From the IMG/VR virus record IMGVR_UViG_2061766007_000169: 64,000 nt of DNA; one strand, given 5' to 3'. Below the pieces are notes generated by a model that worked only from the letters and a program-made list of their open reading frames with translations, searched no databases and was not told the origin of the DNA. Numbering within the stretch: the stretch's first letter is position 1; each line of letters opens with the position of its first letter. The position numbers and the translations under genes are program-made. This DNA is from an uncultured virus (IMG/VR IMGVR_UViG_2061766007_000169) (Duplodnaviria; Heunggongvirae; Uroviricota; Caudoviricetes). Of the stretch, positions 43,226 to 53,274 are shown in pieces.

Positions 43226-43329
43226 TCTTTCCGCAACTGTTCAAAGGCGCGGAAATCATTTTGAAGTGACTTTGTAGTTTACTTCAATAACTTCAAAGAG
43301 TTACGCCCGGCAGGAGAGGAGTACGTGTT

Positions 43330-43404
43330 TTGACGACAAATGTTGATAAAGAGAGAAATGATCTGTATGCCGAACTTGCCGAGCGTGAACTTATTGTCAT
43401 TTGA
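43330..43404 (+). pseudogene. Orphan copy of the terminase large-subunit N-terminus (24 aa)
   Basis: MTTNVDKERNDLYAELAERELIVI vs TerL MQQSKELDELFAELAQREL; own RBS GGAGAGG. Confidence 0.65.
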
Positions 43405-43457
43405 GGGTTATGCATGGGTGGTATACCCCACCCGCCCTTTTAGGAAAGGGAACTCAA

Positions 43458-44162
43458 ATGGAACATGAAAAAACGTATAAGCTTTATATGCATATCTCGC
43501 CATCCGGGAAAAGGTATGTCGGCATAACCAGTTATAAGAATCCGAATACCAGGTGGCAGAGTGGGCGTGGGTATCCTAAGAATCCGCACTTATCAGCAGC
43601 GATTGAAAAGTATGGATGGGAGAATTTTAAGCATATTATTCTTGCGGATGGTCTTACTAAAGAAGATGCTGAGAGAGCGGAGATAAAGTGCATAAAGCAT
43701 TGGGATCTTCGGAATCCTGAAAAGGGATACAATATTAGTCGTGGTGGTGATGCTCCGACAAAGGGGTGGCATCACAGCGAGGAGTCCAAGAAAAAGATCT
43801 CATTGGGGAATAGAGGAAAGATTCGCACTCCGGAGATGAGGGCCAGAAATTCCTCGATTGTAAAGAACTTACCATACAGACCATACACAGATAAAAGCTA
43901 TGAATCGCATCGTCATGTTTGGCGGGATAAGAAACGAGCCGTGTGGTGCGAGGAATTAGGGAGTGCTTTTAACAGCGGAACTGAAGCCGCCCGTTTTCTT
44001 GGGGCAAGCAGAAGCGGTATTAGTCAGTGCTGTAATCATAAAGCTAATAGAGTTACCGAAAAAGGGTATCACTTTCGATGGGCAACGGAAGAGGAGGCTA
44101 TTGAGTGCAACAGAGCAAAGAACTTGATGAATTATTTGCCGAACTTGCCCAGCGTGAGTTAG
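43458..44162 (+). mobile_element. Free-standing GIY-YIG homing endonuclease
   Basis: LYMHISPSGKRYVGIT, GYN, NUMOD3 HSEESKKKIS, NUMOD1-like C-terminus. Confidence 0.85.
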
Positions 44163-45625
44163 CTAAACGATCCTTTGCGGAGTATCTGGTTTTGTCTCAA
44201 GGCAAGACTTGGAAGCGTACACGGATGTCTGACTTCCTTGCGAATAGAGTGCAGGAGTTTGTGGAGACGAAAACGGAGAACGCTTACGACATCCTGGTCA
44301 TAGAGTGTCCTCCGCAGCATGGGAAATCGACTACGATAACGGAGTCGTTCCCGGCATGGTACATGGGAAAGAACCCAACGGCGAATGTGATCATTGCCTG
44401 TTACTCCAAGGACTTCAGCGAGAGGTTCACACGAAGGAACAAGGAGAAGATCAGAGCGCTTGGTACTGAGCTCTTCGGATCGAGCATCGGTGCGATAGAC
44501 AGGGCGGACGAGTTTGAGCTCGACAACGCAAAAGGAAGACTGATCAGCCGTGGCATTATGTCCGGCATCACAGGTAACCCGGCGAATCTGATCATAATGG
44601 ATGACCCTATCAAGAACCAGCAGGAAGCAGATAGTCCTACTTATAGAAATAATCTGTGGGAAGAGTGGCAGTCATCCATCAAGTCTCGTCTCGCTGCCGG
44701 TGCGAAAGTTATTGTAATACTTACGCCGTGGCACGATGACGATATTGCTTCCAGAATACTGGCGAACGAGCCGAACAGCACGTTGCTCAGACTTCCAGTT
44801 GAAGCGGAAGAGAACGATCCGCTTGGCAGGGCGGTAGGTGATGCCCTCTGTCCGGAGTTGGGTAAAGACAATTCGTGGCTGGCTGACTTCAAACAATCCT
44901 ACATCAACGATCCGCAGGGCGGTATCCGGGCATGGACCGCTCTTTTTCAATGTTCTCCGAGGGTGGAGAGCGGTAACCTTGTACGGAGAGACTGGTGGAG
45001 GTTTTACGATCCGGACGATCAAACCTTATTATTTGGGTCTGAACTGATATCCGTTGACGCCGCATTCAAGAGTGCGGACTCAAACGACTTTGTTGCGATT
45101 CAGGTATGGGGTAAGAGACGGAACGATTACTATCTTCGTGCATCATTCAATAAGCATCTGGACTTTCCGGGTACTGTGGCGATGATCAGAAATGTAAAGG
45201 TTATGTTCCCGAATGTAAAGGCTGTGCTGATAGAGGACAAGGCGAACGGCCCGGCTATTGTGCAGACTCTGCAGCGTGATCCTGATATGTTTGTATTAGC
45301 AATCAATCCGCAGGGCGGCAAAGTGGCGAGGGTGAATGCCGTATCCGCAGCCATTGAGTCCGGTCATGTGTTTCTTCCTCAGCCGGATAAAGCTGTGTGG
45401 GTGAATGAGTTCATCGATCAGTTCACGGCGTTTCCCAATGCCGCTCATGACGATATGGTTGACGCCGCTTCACAGGCATTGCACCGGATGATCTACTTCT
45501 CCGGTGACTTTGAGGTGTACGTTCCTACAGAGACAGAGATAGCAGTTAAGAGAGAAGAGTCGGAGTTTAATGACCCCGGCGTTCTTTTTAATCCGTATGG
45601 TACGGATATAAATTCATTGATATGA
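44105..45625 (+). CDS. terL: Terminase large subunit
   Basis: PPQHGKS Walker A, IIMDDP Walker B, SVDAAFK, IEDKANG, HDDMVDA nuclease motifs. Confidence 0.93.
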   Translation: MQQSKELDELFAELAQRELAKRSFAEYLVLSQGKTWKRTRMSDFLANRVQEFVETKTENAYDILVIECPPQHGKSTTITESFPAWYMGKNPTANVIIACYSKDFSERFTRRNKEKIRALGTELFGSSIGAIDRADEFELDNAKGRLISRGIMSGITGNPANLIIMDDPIKNQQEADSPTYRNNLWEEWQSSIKSRLAAGAKVIVILTPWHDDDIASRILANEPNSTLLRLPVEAEENDPLGRAVGDALCPELGKDNSWLADFKQSYINDPQGGIRAWTALFQCSPRVESGNLVRRDWWRFYDPDDQTLLFGSELISVDAAFKSADSNDFVAIQVWGKRRNDYYLRASFNKHLDFPGTVAMIRNVKVMFPNVKAVLIEDKANGPAIVQTLQRDPDMFVLAINPQGGKVARVNAVSAAIESGHVFLPQPDKAVWVNEFIDQFTAFPNAAHDDMVDAASQALHRMIYFSGDFEVYVPTETEIAVKREESEFNDPGVLFNPYGTDINSLI

Positions 45626-45636
45626 GGTAATGACAG

Positions 45637-46029
45637 ATGGCAAATAAAGCAGATACGAGTTCTAACGCAGCGACTGGTCCGATGATACAGCAGTTGACGA
45701 AAGCGCAGAAACAGAAGAATTTTGTGAACGGAGCGTACCAGTCGGCTAAATCCGCCGCTGAAGGAGAATGGCTTTCGCACCCGATAAAGAAGAGAGGAAG
45801 AGAATACAATGGTACTTCTCAGAAAGCCACGCACTCTACTGTTACGCATGGTACGAAACCGCGGTTTAATCCGGAGAAGAATCCTTCCGGCGGTACCGGT
45901 ATCAATACGAAATTTGATGACTACGCACCGAGAGGGTACTATCCGCCAAAGAAAGGCGAGACCCGCGTTCTTGAATCAGCGAATGGTCGTATTAATGTGC
46001 AGCCGCGTAAGCTGAAAGAGAAAGGATAA
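45637..46029 (+). CDS. Basic hypothetical protein
   Basis: GAGG RBS; in operon. Confidence 0.6.
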   Translation: MANKADTSSNAATGPMIQQLTKAQKQKNFVNGAYQSAKSAAEGEWLSHPIKKRGREYNGTSQKATHSTVTHGTKPRFNPEKNPSGGTGINTKFDDYAPRGYYPPKKGETRVLESANGRINVQPRKLKEKG

Positions 46030-46035
46030 GAAACT

Positions 46036-46593
46036 ATGGATGAACCTATGAATACCGGATTTCCTATTCCGCCCAGCCGTCCGATGTTTGGCGGCGATGA
46101 TATAGAAAACACACCGCCTGCTGAGGGCGGTTTTATTATGTCCTTTGCCAATGAGACCGGCGATAAAGCCGTTGTCCTTACTTCTGTTGAAGTAGCGGAC
46201 GGCGAGGTTGTCAAACGGCATGACAGAAATGAACTTGAGGGATATGCCATGGATCTGCTTGACGGCGGAGAAGACGAGATGGGTCTTCAGATCGGGAGCA
46301 TTTACGAGGGAGAGAACGCAGAAGAGGATGCCAGCGATGAAGCGACAAGACTCGACGATATGTTCAATCCGGGTGAAGATGCCGACGATGAGGAACTTGT
46401 CTCTGCTGTAGAGGACGCCAGAGCGGATGCCGGTACAGAGCAGGATCTCGACCTTGGCGGTGAACTGCCCGACGAGGATGTTATGCCCCCTGTTCCGACA
46501 GAGGAAGAAGAGGAAGCTGACGAGGAACTCGCCGAGGAAGAGCCGGAAGATGAAGAGCCTATGCTCGATCAGTTAAAGAAAGCGAAGAAATAA
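46036..46593 (+). CDS. Highly acidic hypothetical protein
   Basis: D/E-rich, 185 aa. Confidence 0.65.
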   Translation: MDEPMNTGFPIPPSRPMFGGDDIENTPPAEGGFIMSFANETGDKAVVLTSVEVADGEVVKRHDRNELEGYAMDLLDGGEDEMGLQIGSIYEGENAEEDASDEATRLDDMFNPGEDADDEELVSAVEDARADAGTEQDLDLGGELPDEDVMPPVPTEEEEEADEELAEEEPEDEEPMLDQLKKAKK

Positions 46594-46596
46594 AGT

Positions 46597-46857
46597 ATGG
46601 AACTGTTGATGAGTTTGCTCGGCGTACTGCTTGGTGTTGGTCTTGTTGCTTGCGGTTTCCTTTTAGGTAAACACGTATACGCTCCTAAGTCTCTGCCTGT
46701 TCCGGAACTGTCTGAAGAGGAAAAGACAAAGATAAGGGAAGAGCGTGAGCAGCTTATCGCAGAACAGAAAGCCTTTCGCGCTTTGATGGACTATAACGCT
46801 GACATGGCGTATGGCATCAATGACTCCGCTCTTCCAATTCAAAAGGGGAGTGGGTGA
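46597..46857 (+). CDS. Membrane-anchored small protein
   Basis: N-terminal transmembrane helix. Confidence 0.65.
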   Translation: MELLMSLLGVLLGVGLVACGFLLGKHVYAPKSLPVPELSEEEKTKIREEREQLIAEQKAFRALMDYNADMAYGINDSALPIQKGSG

Positions 46858-46861
46858 TTGG

Positions 46862-47602
46862 ATGGAGGGTGGCTACTCCGTTTATAAGCACGTATTTCCA
46901 AACGGAAAACAATATGTTGGGTACACTTCTAAAGATCCAAAGGATAGATGGAAGAATGGAAGTGGGTATGGTACTCAGTCCGTATATAGAGCAATTAAGA
47001 AATACGGATGGGATAATATTGAGCCTATTGTTATCCGGAGCGGATTAAGTGAAGAAGACGCTTTAATGTTGGAGAGAAAGCTTATAAAGCATTACGATCT
47101 TTGTAATAGAGACAAGGGGTATAATTTCCATCCAGGTGGTAAGGCATCTCCATCTGCTTGTATGGAAGCTAGAAGAAAGATAAGTGAATGGCGAAAGCAG
47201 AATCAGTTTGGGGAAAAGAACCCAATGTTTGGGAAGCACATATCTGATGAAAATAAAGCACTTATATCTTCGGTAAATACTGGGCGGAAACATACGGAAG
47301 AAGAGAGACAAAAGATGCGTGATAGGCATTGGGATGTCTCCGGTGTTAATAATCCGCATTATGGTGTTCCTTGTTCAGAAGCTACCAAAGAAAAGATTAG
47401 AGAGTCGCAGAGGAAAAGGATGCGACCGGTTAATCAGTATACATTGGGTGGAGAATTCATCGCCTCCTTCGAAAGTATCCATGAAGCTGTTAGGCGTACT
47501 GGCGTATGCAAGTCGGGCATTATGGATTGTTGCAAAAAAGACATTAAATATACGCATGGCTTTGTGTTTAGGTATGCGGATGAAGAGGGTGGTAGTGGTT
47601 GA
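46862..47602 (+). mobile_element. Free-standing GIY-YIG homing endonuclease
   Basis: VYKHVFPNGKQYVGYT, NPMFGKH and HTEEERQKM NUMOD3, VNQYTL NUMOD1. Confidence 0.85.
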
Positions 47603-49710
47603 AACAAGAATACACAAACACCAAGACTGACGTATTTCGCTACTACGAATTAGGTCGGCAGTATAATAACCAGCTTGTACCGAATCAGTACACTCTGGTT
47701 AATACGAACATTGAGTTCTTTGCCGGTAACCAGTGGCTGCATATTACGGAATCCCCGGCTATGCAGAGACTTGCGAGACCGACATTTAATATTATAAAAC
47801 GAATTACATCGCTGTTTGTTGCGTCGCTTACATCGAGCAACACAACGATTAACTTTGAGCCTTTGTCCTATTACGATGGGGATAATATGAAAGATCCTGA
47901 GAACAACGCTGCGGTGATCGCAACAGCGGAAGTGCGGAATCTGTTTGAGAAATTCAAAATGGAGTACCGCATTCGTGAAGCGTTGTTTGACGGCGCTCAG
48001 ACCGGAGATTACTGCGCCCATTTCTACTGGAACGCAGACGCTGTTCCGTATGGCGGTGCATTCGGCCCCTACAAAGGCGAGATAGAAATGGAACTCGTGG
48101 ATGGGATCAATGTCATGTTTGGCAATCCGAACACACCGGATGTGGAATCCCAGCCGTATATTCTTCTCCTTGGGAGAGATACAGTAGAGTTCCTGAAAGA
48201 AGAAGCGGAGTTATTCGCTAAGTCACGAACAAAACGTGGCGGAACAGCCGAGAATGACATTGTTATTGACTCACTGAATGCAGACTCCGAGTGGCAGTGG
48301 CAGGCAGGTATCGGCGGAAGAACAGAACTTACTCCGTCTGATGACCGTACAGGGAAAGCCTTGTACGGCATTTTATATACGAAAGTTACAAAAGAAGAAC
48401 CTGTGATCAACCCAAAGACCGGACTTCAGGAGCAGACTCCGATGCTGGACGATAAGGGCGATCCGATTCAGATGACAACTGATGACGGAACTCCGATGGT
48501 GGATTCCGACGGCGAACCTGTTTATAAAATGAAGCCAGCGACACGGCTTAGGACATCTGTCCACGTTACGAAAGCAACGAAGACGATGATCATCTACGAA
48601 GATGTGGATACCGGACTGAGCAGATACCCGGTTGCCTGGGGCAACTGGGAGAAGCAGAAGAATCAGTATCATGGTCGTGCATTGGTTACCGGAATCGTTC
48701 CGAACCAGATCTTCATCAACAGTATGATGGCGATGATCTTCCGGCATCTGCAGCTTCAGAGTTTTCCGAAGACTATCTACAATGCCGATCTGATTGGTCA
48801 GTGGAACAACGAGGTAGGTGCAGCTATCGGCGTTCATAATCTTCAGCCTGGTATGAGTCTGAGAGATGTGGCTACATCGATTCAGCCTGCGGATATGTCC
48901 AACCAGATTGTTATGTGTATTGACCGTGTGATGCAGTACACGAGAGACTGCCTTGGTGCTACGGACGCACAGATGGGTAATGTGAGACCGGACAATACTT
49001 CCGCTCTGATGGTATTGCAGTCATCCGCTGAAGTTCCTCTTGAGAATACGAGGGCGGGTCTTCACGAATGGGTGGAAGACATCGGTGCTATTCTCCTGGA
49101 TATGATGGGAACGTATTACGGAAAGCGTCCTCTTGTTCGTGAGCGTACATTTGAGGATGTCGCTATGGGAAAGGGTCAGACTCCTATGATCGATCCGACT
49201 ACCGGACAGATGATGACTCAGACAGCTACCCATCGTGTGCTTGAGGACTTTGACTTCACACAGCTTAAGAAACTGTGGTTCAATATCCGTGTTGATGTCG
49301 GTGCTACTACTTACTACTCCGAGATCGCTATGGTTCAGACTCTGGACAATCTTCGCCGTGATGGTACGCTTGAGATCATCGACTACCTTGAGCGTATACC
49401 GGACAAGCTGATCCCAAGGAAACAGGATCTGATTGAGGATATTAAGAAGCGTACAGCCGAGGTAGCACAGCAGACGGCTGCTATGCAACAGGCTACGCTT
49501 GAACAGCAGGGTGGCATGATGCCCGGTCAGCAGGGGCCACAGATATCCAAGAAGCCAAGATCTGATCTTCAGAATGCCGGATTCCCTAGCATGGGCGGAG
49601 ATATTTCCGCCGAGAAAGCGATAGGCAATCTGCCTGGGTCAATACAGGCTAAATATAATGATTTGCCTAGGTCTGCTCAAAAAGCCCTAGTGCAGAAAGG
49701 ATCTATGTAA
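47599..49710 (+). CDS. Portal protein (podovirus/P22-like)
   Basis: 703 aa after TerL; FFAGNQW, PTFNII, Q-rich C-terminus. Confidence 0.8.
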   Translation: MKQEYTNTKTDVFRYYELGRQYNNQLVPNQYTLVNTNIEFFAGNQWLHITESPAMQRLARPTFNIIKRITSLFVASLTSSNTTINFEPLSYYDGDNMKDPENNAAVIATAEVRNLFEKFKMEYRIREALFDGAQTGDYCAHFYWNADAVPYGGAFGPYKGEIEMELVDGINVMFGNPNTPDVESQPYILLLGRDTVEFLKEEAELFAKSRTKRGGTAENDIVIDSLNADSEWQWQAGIGGRTELTPSDDRTGKALYGILYTKVTKEEPVINPKTGLQEQTPMLDDKGDPIQMTTDDGTPMVDSDGEPVYKMKPATRLRTSVHVTKATKTMIIYEDVDTGLSRYPVAWGNWEKQKNQYHGRALVTGIVPNQIFINSMMAMIFRHLQLQSFPKTIYNADLIGQWNNEVGAAIGVHNLQPGMSLRDVATSIQPADMSNQIVMCIDRVMQYTRDCLGATDAQMGNVRPDNTSALMVLQSSAEVPLENTRAGLHEWVEDIGAILLDMMGTYYGKRPLVRERTFEDVAMGKGQTPMIDPTTGQMMTQTATHRVLEDFDFTQLKKLWFNIRVDVGATTYYSEIAMVQTLDNLRRDGTLEIIDYLERIPDKLIPRKQDLIEDIKKRTAEVAQQTAAMQQATLEQQGGMMPGQQGPQISKKPRSDLQNAGFPSMGGDISAEKAIGNLPGSIQAKYNDLPRSAQKALVQKGSM

Positions 49711-49711
49711 T

Positions 49712-49852
49712 ATGACAGAGATTTTAGTTGACAGCGTTGGCCCCGGCGGTCGTGAGATGATTCCCGTTGAAGTGGAAGAAGAACCGGAAGTAAAAGCCGA
49801 ACAGCCAAAGAAGCCAGCAAGAAAAAAGAAAACTGATTCGGGGGTAGAGTGA
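49712..49852 (+). CDS. Small hypothetical protein (46 aa)
   Basis: Fills the gap between portal stop and DGR target start; AAAGGA RBS. Confidence 0.5.
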   Translation: MTEILVDSVGPGGREMIPVEVEEEPEVKAEQPKKPARKKKTDSGVE

Positions 49853-49853
49853 G

Positions 49854-51098
49854 ATGCCGAATGTATATATGGATTCGGTTCCGGTAGTGCAGACTATCGG
49901 TCCGAATGGGATCGGGGTGTATCCTCCGGTTCCGATTGAGAAGGTAGAGAAGATAGATGGATCGGTTCGTGAAATGAAGGAGCTTACTTCTCCTGCTAGG
50001 CGTCTTCCGAATCCTATCGGCGAGATTGATGGGCTGATTATGCATACGAAGGATGAGGCTTGGCAGAAGTCCGGCGAGATCATTACGCTCGAGAAGGATG
50101 TGGAAGATCTTAAGAAGTACGCAGATATTAAATCTCCAGCGGATCTGAAGGCCATTGCTGCAAGCGGAAAGGCCAGAGAGTATTTTGATATCGGAGATAT
50201 CATTTATATTCCGTGGACAAACTATACACCGAGTACACCGGTTACTTATTACGTTCCGTTTGCGGTTGTGCATTTTGGCGACGCATATGATGAGGACGGT
50301 GTCAAACATGAGAACCCAATCTGGTTAATGTCGGTTTATGCACAGCCGGAGGAGATTCCATTTGATGCTGCTGAAGATACTGTAGTTGATCTTACGAGCG
50401 AACCGAATGCCCTTGAGGGTTGGTACTACTGGGGTCTTACTGGTGCGTCTTATACAGCTTTGAATCTTTCCGCTGGTACTGCAATTCCGGATACTTACGA
50501 TAGCGTTCATAAGTGCGGAGTGAATAGCCTTGATGTTCTTCGATATGGGTATAATCGATGGAAGGTCTCTGCTTATAGGCAGTGGCTTAACTCCGATGCC
50601 GCGAAGAATGAGAACTGGTGGGAGAGTCAGCATACAGGGGATATCGCTCCTACGACTACGTATACGAATAAACCTGGATGGCTGTATGGCTTTGCTCCAG
50701 AGTGGAGAGAAATTTTCCAGAAAGTGAAAGTGGACACCGCGGCGAATACTGTAACAGACAGTGGAGTTACGGACACTACTTATGATTATTTCTTCCTGCC
50801 GTCCTTGGAGCAGATGTATGGCTCTCCGCAGGCGGCTGGTGTTGAAGGGGATTACTGGGAGTACTGGAAAGAAGAGACCGGACTCGATGCTCCGTCTAAT
50901 GGGTCTGCAAGCGATACGAATGATGCGAGAAAGATTCCTCCGGTAACGAATTTCCATGCCTCCGCCGTGTACTGCCGTTTGCGTTCCGCGTATCGCTCCT
51001 ACTCGAGCACTGTGTGGAATGTCAGCGCCGCGGGATATCTCGGCAACGGCGTTGCGTACGCCGCGTATAGGGCGCAGCCGGCTTGTGTCATCTTTTAA
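49854..51098 (+). CDS. DGR target protein with C-terminal variable region (CLec/DUF6273-like)
   Basis: RW..S..RQWLN, FFLPS..Q and RLRSA motifs; last codons match the TR except at adenines. Confidence 0.9.
   Translation: MPNVYMDSVPVVQTIGPNGIGVYPPVPIEKVEKIDGSVREMKELTSPARRLPNPIGEIDGLIMHTKDEAWQKSGEIITLEKDVEDLKKYADIKSPADLKAIAASGKAREYFDIGDIIYIPWTNYTPSTPVTYYVPFAVVHFGDAYDEDGVKHENPIWLMSVYAQPEEIPFDAAEDTVVDLTSEPNALEGWYYWGLTGASYTALNLSAGTAIPDTYDSVHKCGVNSLDVLRYGYNRWKVSAYRQWLNSDAAKNENWWESQHTGDIAPTTTYTNKPGWLYGFAPEWREIFQKVKVDTAANTVTDSGVTDTTYDYFFLPSLEQMYGSPQAAGVEGDYWEYWKEETGLDAPSNGSASDTNDARKIPPVTNFHASAVYCRLRSAYRSYSSTVWNVSAAGYLGNGVAYAAYRAQPACVIF
50964..51088 (+). repeat. DGR variable repeat (VR)
   Basis: 125-bp ungapped match to 51590-51714; 18 mismatches, all opposite TR adenines. 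Confidence 0.97.
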
Positions 51099-51108
51099 TC
51101 CCACAATC

Positions 51109-51128
51109 CCGGGCGCCCTAGCGCCCGG
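51109..51128 (+). promoter_or_regulatory. DGR target-recognition hairpin downstream of VR/IMH
   Basis: CCGGGCGC-CCTA-GCGCCCGG perfect 8-bp GC stem. Confidence 0.8.
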
Positions 51129-51137
51129 AGAAAGACC

Positions 51138-51557
51138 TTGAATATGAGTGTACCTGAAGGAAAAAGAAGCAAGAACCGTTTGGAAGTCCAAGTAAAGGCG
51201 CAGGCGCTTGCTTCCTATACAGTTAAGATTTGTTCAAATAAAAATGTTTTTAAGCCGGAGTTTGATGATGAACTCGTTCGAAGGATAAAGGCTTGTGCTT
51301 ATGACATTTGTGTAAAGCTTTGGTCTGCGAATAATATACGGGCGGAAACGAGTCTTGTTGATCGCCGTATGCGGTACGAATTGCAGGAAGAAGCTATCCT
51401 CCTGTGTGATCAGATGCTCGTTTATATCGGTATCGCTAGATCGGTTTTTCATTTGAAGAGCAAGAGAATGAAGTACTGGACAGAACAGATTTTAGCTGTT
51501 AAGGCCCTGGCACAGAAATGGAAAGAATCGGATGTTAGCCGTTATGGGAAGCCGTAG
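51138..51557 (+). CDS. avd: DGR accessory variability determinant (Avd-like four-helix bundle)
   Basis: Position between target and TR; size; MSVP..KR, AN.I, W..SD..R motifs. Confidence 0.82.
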   Translation: MNMSVPEGKRSKNRLEVQVKAQALASYTVKICSNKNVFKPEFDDELVRRIKACAYDICVKLWSANNIRAETSLVDRRMRYELQEEAILLCDQMLVYIGIARSVFHLKSKRMKYWTEQILAVKALAQKWKESDVSRYGKP

Positions 51558-51589
51558 CGTTTAGCATAAAAGGGTGTAGGCTATTGATT

Positions 51590-51714
51590 GCCGTGAACTG
51601 CCGTTTGCGTTCCGCGAATCGCTCCAACTCGAACAATGTGTGGAATGTCAACAACGCGGGATATCTCAACAACAACAATGCGAACAACGCGTATAGGGCG
51701 CAGCCGGATTGTGT
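51590..51714 (+). ncRNA. DGR template repeat (TR)
   Basis: AAC/AAT-rich copy of VR (14 Asn codons, 34 adenines) between avd and RT. Confidence 0.95.
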
Positions 51715-51870
51715 TACTTCTGTCTACAGATGGTTCGCACATAGTGTGAATTGTAAGATGAATTAAGACACAAGGAGCCGAATCCCTGTCCTTACGGGCG
51801 AACAATACGACTTTGATGCGATCAGCTTACGAGCTGGTATCGCTGTAGACAAAGGAGAAACATTTACGAT

Positions 51871-52911
51871 ATGGATGATGGGGCTGTCGTAGGGTATGAT
51901 GCCTTGTGGGATTCGATGATGAAATGCAAGTGCGGTGTTATGTGGAAATGTTCTGTAGCGAATTTCGTTCTGAATGGCGTGAGAGAAATCGGAAGACTTT
52001 CGGACGAGTTGCTTAACGGAGAATATCACGAGAGACCGCATAAGTATTTTACAATAACCAGTCCAAAGAAGAGAGACATTATGAGCATCTCTTTTCGTGA
52101 TAGAGTTTATCAAAGAAGCTTGAACGATGTTGCGATATACCCAGTTATGATTCGGTCTTTCATCCATGACAACGGTGCGTGTCAGAAAGGGAAAGGAACT
52201 GATTTTGCTAGGGATAGGTTTAAATGCCACCTGCAGAGGTTCTATCGAAAACACGGCAGAAATGGGTATGTTCTTAAGCTGGATATCCGTGGATATTATC
52301 CGAATATGCGGCATGACGCGGTTAAGGATAAGTTTCGCAGATATCTTGATGAGAATGTATATGATAAAGCATCGGCTATTCTGGATAGCTTTCCGGGTGA
52401 CGTTGGTTTTAATCCGGGCAGTCAGATTATTCAGATAGCTGGTATCTCACTTCTTGATGACCTTGATCATTACGTTAAGGAGCGGTTAAGGGTGAAGTAC
52501 TATGTTCGCTACATGGATGACATTCTGATTATAGGAGAATCGAAAGAGGAGCTTCTTAAGATTAAGGAAGTGATTCGTAAAGAACTTTTTAAAATCGGAT
52601 TTGAACTTCATGAAGAGAAGAGCAAAGTAATATCGCTCTTAAAGGAAGTACTGTTCCTAGGTTTTAAGTATAGGATTACGGAGACCGGGAGAGTTCTTAT
52701 GATAGTCGATCCCGCCCGCGTAAGAGCCGAACGGAAGAAGTTATTTAGGCTGGTAGGTTTGGCGAAACAAGGAAAAATATCGAAAGAGAAAGTAGACCAG
52801 TGCTACCAGAGTTGGCGCAGTCATGCGCTGAAAGGAAATTCGTGGAAGCTTATTCAAAGGATGGATAGGTATTATCGCAATTTATGGAGGAAAGATACCA
52901 ATGGGTTTTGA
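51871..52911 (+). CDS. DGR reverse transcriptase
   Basis: PKKR.I, FRDRVYQ, GKG, KLDIRGYY, YVRYMDD, FLGF; 346 aa; no maturase or endonuclease tail. Confidence 0.95.
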   Translation: MDDGAVVGYDALWDSMMKCKCGVMWKCSVANFVLNGVREIGRLSDELLNGEYHERPHKYFTITSPKKRDIMSISFRDRVYQRSLNDVAIYPVMIRSFIHDNGACQKGKGTDFARDRFKCHLQRFYRKHGRNGYVLKLDIRGYYPNMRHDAVKDKFRRYLDENVYDKASAILDSFPGDVGFNPGSQIIQIAGISLLDDLDHYVKERLRVKYYVRYMDDILIIGESKEELLKIKEVIRKELFKIGFELHEEKSKVISLLKEVLFLGFKYRITETGRVLMIVDPARVRAERKKLFRLVGLAKQGKISKEKVDQCYQSWRSHALKGNSWKLIQRMDRYYRNLWRKDTNGF

Positions 52912-53092
52912 AATTTTAAGAGGCCCTCTCGCAAAGCTGTTCCGGGAAAACAACAGACTTGCATTGGGGCTCGCGGAAGAGCAACAGCAAAGAAGCGATT
53001 TGGAAGACGCCGTTGTGGAACTCGGCGAATTGTTTGCCGAGCAGGATGACGCCATCGTAGAACTCGCTGAAATAATTTCTGAAGGAGAATAA
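52901..53092 (+). CDS. Small coiled-coil protein
   Basis: Repeated DA.VEL.E motif; coupled to RT. Confidence 0.6.
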   Translation: MGFEILRGPLAKLFRENNRLALGLAEEQQQRSDLEDAVVELGELFAEQDDAIVELAEIISEGE

Positions 53093-53096
53093 AGTC

Positions 53097-53207
53097 ATGG
53101 CAAAGATCTATTATAAGAGAATTAAATCCGGTCTTATGACGCTTGAAGAAGTCCCCGCCCGCTGGCGCGAAGCTGTTCAGAAGCTTTTGGACGAGGACGC
53201 GGAATAA
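53097..53207 (+). CDS. CD1375-like small protein (36 aa)
   Basis: MAKIYYKRIKSGLMTLEEVPARWREAVQKLL; AAGGAG RBS. Confidence 0.7.
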   Translation: MAKIYYKRIKSGLMTLEEVPARWREAVQKLLDEDAE

Positions 53208-53274
53208 CATTTTTAACGATGAATATTAAAGAGCCGTTTGTTTTATAAAATAAACATTACTGCTCTTTTTATAC

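Noticed and set aside
43393..44161. Group I intron in terL
   Set aside because: No P3/P4/P7 core or space for one around the endonuclease ORF, and terL has its own start and RBS.
51584..51766. Asn-rich 60-aa ORF
   Set aside because: It is the reading frame of the DGR template repeat, which acts as RNA.
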